Origin: Gemmatimonadota bacterium | GTDB lineage: Bacteria; JBHIER01; G020348925 | Assembly: GCA_020348925.1 (NCBI GenBank) | Contig: CP070758.1 | Span: 3,983,688 to 4,047,687 of the forward strand | Reading direction: 5' to 3' | DNA: 64,000 nt | Shown: one piece after another, positions 60,939-64,000 of the stretch | How the letters are laid out: each line of letters starts with the position of its first letter | Numbering within the stretch: position 1 is the first letter of the stretch | Position numbers and translations under genes: made by a program | The notes under the pieces: generated by a model | What the model was told of the DNA's origin: nothing | Seen by the model: the letters and a program-made list of their open reading frames with translations, nothing else | Databases searched by the model: none

Positions 60939-61425
60939 TTTCGTAACACCTCACCTTTACAATAAGTGCCTACCTGACGGTGAACAAATAAACGAACACC
61001 ACGGTCATGAAGGACGGACCATCAGCCACCTCCCGAAATTTCGACGACTCTTACGCCCAATTGAAACCGGCAAACCTGTTCGCTCATCACTTCAATACCG
61101 CCTCATCCCACACTTATCATCCAGTGAGAAAATAAGTGGGACCCCAGCAAAATGCAACCCATAATTCTACACTCTGTTTCAGCACACTAAGGATGACGAG
61201 CCAGGAGAAAGAGTCTCACTCGCACAATGATATTTCTTCGTTTTGCCTTGTTTCACAAAGTGTCCCGCGTACTAAGACTGGACATCACTGACCATACGGT
61301 ATCGTCTGTTCGAACAGGGAAACTTCGAGACGTTCTCCGAACTCTTTCACAAAGGCGCATGACAAGGGAAGCACGCGACACTTCATAAAACATTCCAATT
61401 TTGCGGATCAAACAACTTCCGCACA

Positions 61426-61707
61426 TTAGAATTTTACATGAAACTCCTTGTACTCCCCTGTATACGATCCCCATTGAACATCGACAGCCGTTACCCTCGC
61501 CGCAGGAGTACCGACCCGCACTTCCTCGACAAAATCCAGGACAAGCCCTCTGTTCCCTTCGACCTCGATCTCCACACTTCCATCCGGCATATTCCGAACC
61601 CAGCCGCAGAGTCCATATTCATTGGCCAACCGGACCGTGAAGGACCGAAACCCAACCGTGTGAACGACTCCGGAGACTATGGCGTGGGCTCTGACGTTTT
61701 TAGACAT
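61426..61707 (-). CDS. acyP: Acylphosphatase
   Basis: VSGVVHTVGFR, GWVRNMPDGSVEIEVEG, ARVTAV. Confidence 0.88.
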   Translation of the reverse strand: MSKNVRAHAIVSGVVHTVGFRSFTVRLANEYGLCGWVRNMPDGSVEIEVEGNRGLVLDFVEEVRVGTPAARVTAVDVQWGSYTGEYKEFHVKF

Positions 61708-61750
61708 AGAACTCTTGATAAACAGGTACGGAGTGACGGGTAGATTTCCT

Positions 61751-62221
61751 CTATCTCTTTTCGAGCAATCGGTACACCAGATCAACAGCTTCAGAAGCCG
61801 TTGCGACATGATGCATACTTGATCCAATGTCCCATGTCTTCAGGCCCACGAGCGGCACACCCAGTTTGAGACAAAAAGCAATCTCCGACAGTGTACCGGG
61901 ACCGCCGGAGATCGCAATCACCGCATCTGCTGTTCGAACAATGATCACATTACGGGCTTCTCCCATCCCGGTGACTATGGGGATGTCAATATGCGGATTG
62001 GCATCGCGCGCATTTTCCCCGGGAAGGATACCGATGGTTGTGCCACCAGCTTTTTTCGCCCCTCTCGCTGCAGCCTCCATGACTCCTCCCAGGCCGCCAC
62101 AGAGTAAAAGTCCGCCTCTGCGTCCAATGTGGTGCCCCACCTCCTCGGCCATGCGCCCGATAGTTTCATCACAGACCCCGGCTCCAATCACACCAATTCT
62201 ATAAACCCTCGGGGTGCTCAT
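61751..62221 (-). CDS. TIGR00725 / LOG-like Rossmann-fold protein
   Basis: IGVIGAG, CGGLGGVMEAAARGA, TGMGEARN, GGPGTLSEIA. Confidence 0.9.
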   Translation of the reverse strand: MSTPRVYRIGVIGAGVCDETIGRMAEEVGHHIGRRGGLLLCGGLGGVMEAAARGAKKAGGTTIGILPGENARDANPHIDIPIVTGMGEARNVIIVRTADAVIAISGGPGTLSEIAFCLKLGVPLVGLKTWDIGSSMHHVATASEAVDLVYRLLEKR

Positions 62222-62291
62222 GGAAAATCTCTCATCTCTCTCAAACGCGGAATGTCTTCAGTAGGTCTCACGACGACTGACCGCCTTCGGT

Positions 62292-62475
62292 TCAGTGAAT
62301 AGACTCACCTGTCCATCTCTCTCGACCCACCCAATACGGGCAGGCAGGGCAGGACTCACTTTCCGGATAATCGATACCCACCTCATGGGGACAGCTGATA
62401 TTGTCATTGCTCAGTACCACGGATTTGACCACATGGCTCTCAAGACAGTCTACGATGTCTGTCTTGATTGTTGCA
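62292..62475 (-). pseudogene. Probable C-terminal remnant of a conserved Cys-motif hypothetical protein
   Basis: CPHEVGIDYPESESCPACPYWVGRERWTG looks like a conserved C-terminus; upstream sequence is AT-rich with no convincing N-terminus or RBS. Confidence 0.45.
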
Positions 62476-63021
62476 CCGTGGCGAATGTGCTTTGCTGGTA
62501 TGAGACAAAGAATAGCAAAAGGGAAAATATGAATGGCACCTTCATTTTTATGAGCATCATCAATCATCCAAATATTAGATATGATTCACTGAAAATCGAT
62601 GAACAGATGTATTCTGTTTCGAATAATTTGAAATTCCTGTAAAAAGGTATCGTTGTAACAATGCCCACTCTATTGATCGCCCACATAATTTTTTCATTTT
62701 AAAGGTGAAACATACCTTGCATTTTAATTTTTCAGAGTGTTGTTTGCTTTCACAAAAAATGACTTTTGCTGCCCGTTAAAATTGAAATCTCAATGAAAAA
62801 AACCACTCCCTTTCATCACCTTGAACTCATAGAGTGTGTTATCGATATTGTCAAGAATAGTGTAATGTGAAGTATCTGTCAAGGGGAAATTACTGGTGAC
62901 GACTCTTAGCGGTTTTATAGCCACAAAGCGTATCCCTTTGATGACAGGGCTCTGCACAACGCCACAATGTGCAAAAAATGGGAAATCAATCTCTCTGTCC
63001 CTGATTTCCCTGAAAGTGTGT

Positions 63022-63099
63022 TGGTCGGGGCGGGCGGATTTGAACCGCCGACCTCATGCTCCCGAAGCATGCGCGCTAACCGGACTGCGCTACGCCCCG
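63022..63099 (-). tRNA. tRNA-Pro (anticodon CGG) with encoded CCA
   Basis: CGGGGCG acceptor stem, CATGC-TTCGGGA-GCATG anticodon arm, GGCGG-TTCAAAT-CCGCC T arm, ACCA end. Confidence 0.97.
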
Positions 63100-63202
63100 A
63101 CGAAATAATATTCGAATTTGTACAAATATACTATAATTGCACTGCTTGAGCAAGGTTAAGTTGCCCCATGCCGCTCTTTCTTTGAGTGACATTCAAAACC
63201 AT

Positions 63203-63712
63203 TCAGCCAGTAATACCGAACACTGAAATGATACCCAATGAAGCCAGTGTGACAACACAACCGGCAATACAAATACCCGCAACGACGGCCGGCAAAGCAT
63301 ACCAGAACCGCACGCCGAAAATGAAGGCGGCTACGGTTCCGGTCCACGCCCCTGTTATTGGGAGCGGAATGGCCACAAAGAGGATGAGACCGATGGCTTC
63401 ATAGCGCTCCACAATTTTCCCCCGCCTCCGGGTCCTGGTAAAGAGCCACTCAAAAAATTTGTCGAAAACTGGATACCTCCGGAGCCGGTTCGAGGCGGGT
63501 TCCAAGAAAAGAAGAAGCGGAATAACCGGAATGAAATTCCCAAAGACTGCAAGGCTGTAAGCTTCAGACCAGGTCATCCCCCCTCCGAAAGGCGGAGGCG
63601 CCAGGGCCCACGGAATCGCTCCCCGCAATTCGGACACAGGCAACATAGCTATACATATCGTGACCAACTCTTTGGGTACTCCGGATAAAAAGTGCGCAAT
63701 CTGGTCAACCAT
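63203..63712 (-). CDS. Small multi-drug export family membrane protein
   Basis: AMLPVSELRGAIP, GN..P, LFVAIPLPITGAWTG. Confidence 0.88.
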   Translation of the reverse strand: MVDQIAHFLSGVPKELVTICIAMLPVSELRGAIPWALAPPPFGGGMTWSEAYSLAVFGNFIPVIPLLLFLEPASNRLRRYPVFDKFFEWLFTRTRRRGKIVERYEAIGLILFVAIPLPITGAWTGTVAAFIFGVRFWYALPAVVAGICIAGCVVTLASLGIISVFGITG

Positions 63713-64000
63713 TCTCCCACCCCTGCTCGCCGATAAGAGGCACAAAGGTGCATCCACAGACCTCTTTGCGTTCGATCTTCTTCCCCTTTTTCTTGACGAC
63801 AAGTAAGGTTTGCACATACGTATTTCCTATGGGAAGCACAATACGACCGCCATCGACCAACTGCTCGACCAAAGCGCTGGGTACATCCGGAGCGCCGGCC
63901 GTAACAACAATCCGATCGAAAGGGGCGAACTCCTTCCAGCCTAAGGTTCCGTCACCGGTTTTGATGATAACGTTACCGTATCCCAGTCCATCGAGCACCT
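63705..64000 (-). CDS. pcm: Protein-L-isoaspartate O-methyltransferase, C-terminal part
   Basis: GDGTLGW...APFDRIVVTAGAP.VP..LVEQL..GGRIVLPIG, FVPLIG. Confidence 0.93.
   Translation of the reverse strand, partial: VLDGLGYGNVIIKTGDGTLGWKEFAPFDRIVVTAGAPDVPSALVEQLVDGGRIVLPIGNTYVQTLLVVKKKGKKIERKEVCGCTFVPLIGEQGWENG

Noticed and set aside
61426-61707. Acylphosphatase VHTVGFR in place of VQGVGFR as a pseudogene
   Set aside because: The catalytic Arg and Asn are retained and the frame is intact

Overview
A bacterial genome segment with two 100-N scaffold gaps (17251-17350, 54771-54870). The sequence flanking each gap does not join, so synteny across them is unreliable. PorV-like barrels, many NYPNPFN/FlgD-type C-terminal sorting domains and dockerin-like repeats suggest an uncultured FCB-associated lineage such as KSB1 or Latescibacterota (inference only). 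Housekeeping genes: rmuC, a UvrD-nuclease fusion, mltG, ruvX, glmS, glmM, PTS IIA, csp, a PPi-type pfk, acyP, tRNA-Pro(CGG) and pcm. Main accessory features: (1) an envelope operon with two PorV-like genes behind an attenuator-like RNA leader; (2) three paralogous ~847-aa TolB-N/TPR/beta-sandwich lipoproteins, each preceded by the same TGAAAC-N17-GTCT ECF-type promoter; (3) three signal-peptide-bearing, phage-tail-fibre-like genes with a shared N-terminal domain, followed by a small dockerin plus sorting-domain protein that may be an adaptor; (4) a co-oriented redox cluster: PKD-cupredoxin-dockerin, CxxCH-Reeler-dockerin, CX4CH cytochrome lipoprotein, DUF5777 barrel, His-rich membrane protein and an unannotated 33-aa membrane peptide; (5) a sigma-54-driven type IV pilin; (6) large DUF11 adhesins; (7) several REP-like palindromes. 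No CRISPR array, rRNA, transposase or integrase was seen. All family calls come from motif recognition by eye, not from database searches.
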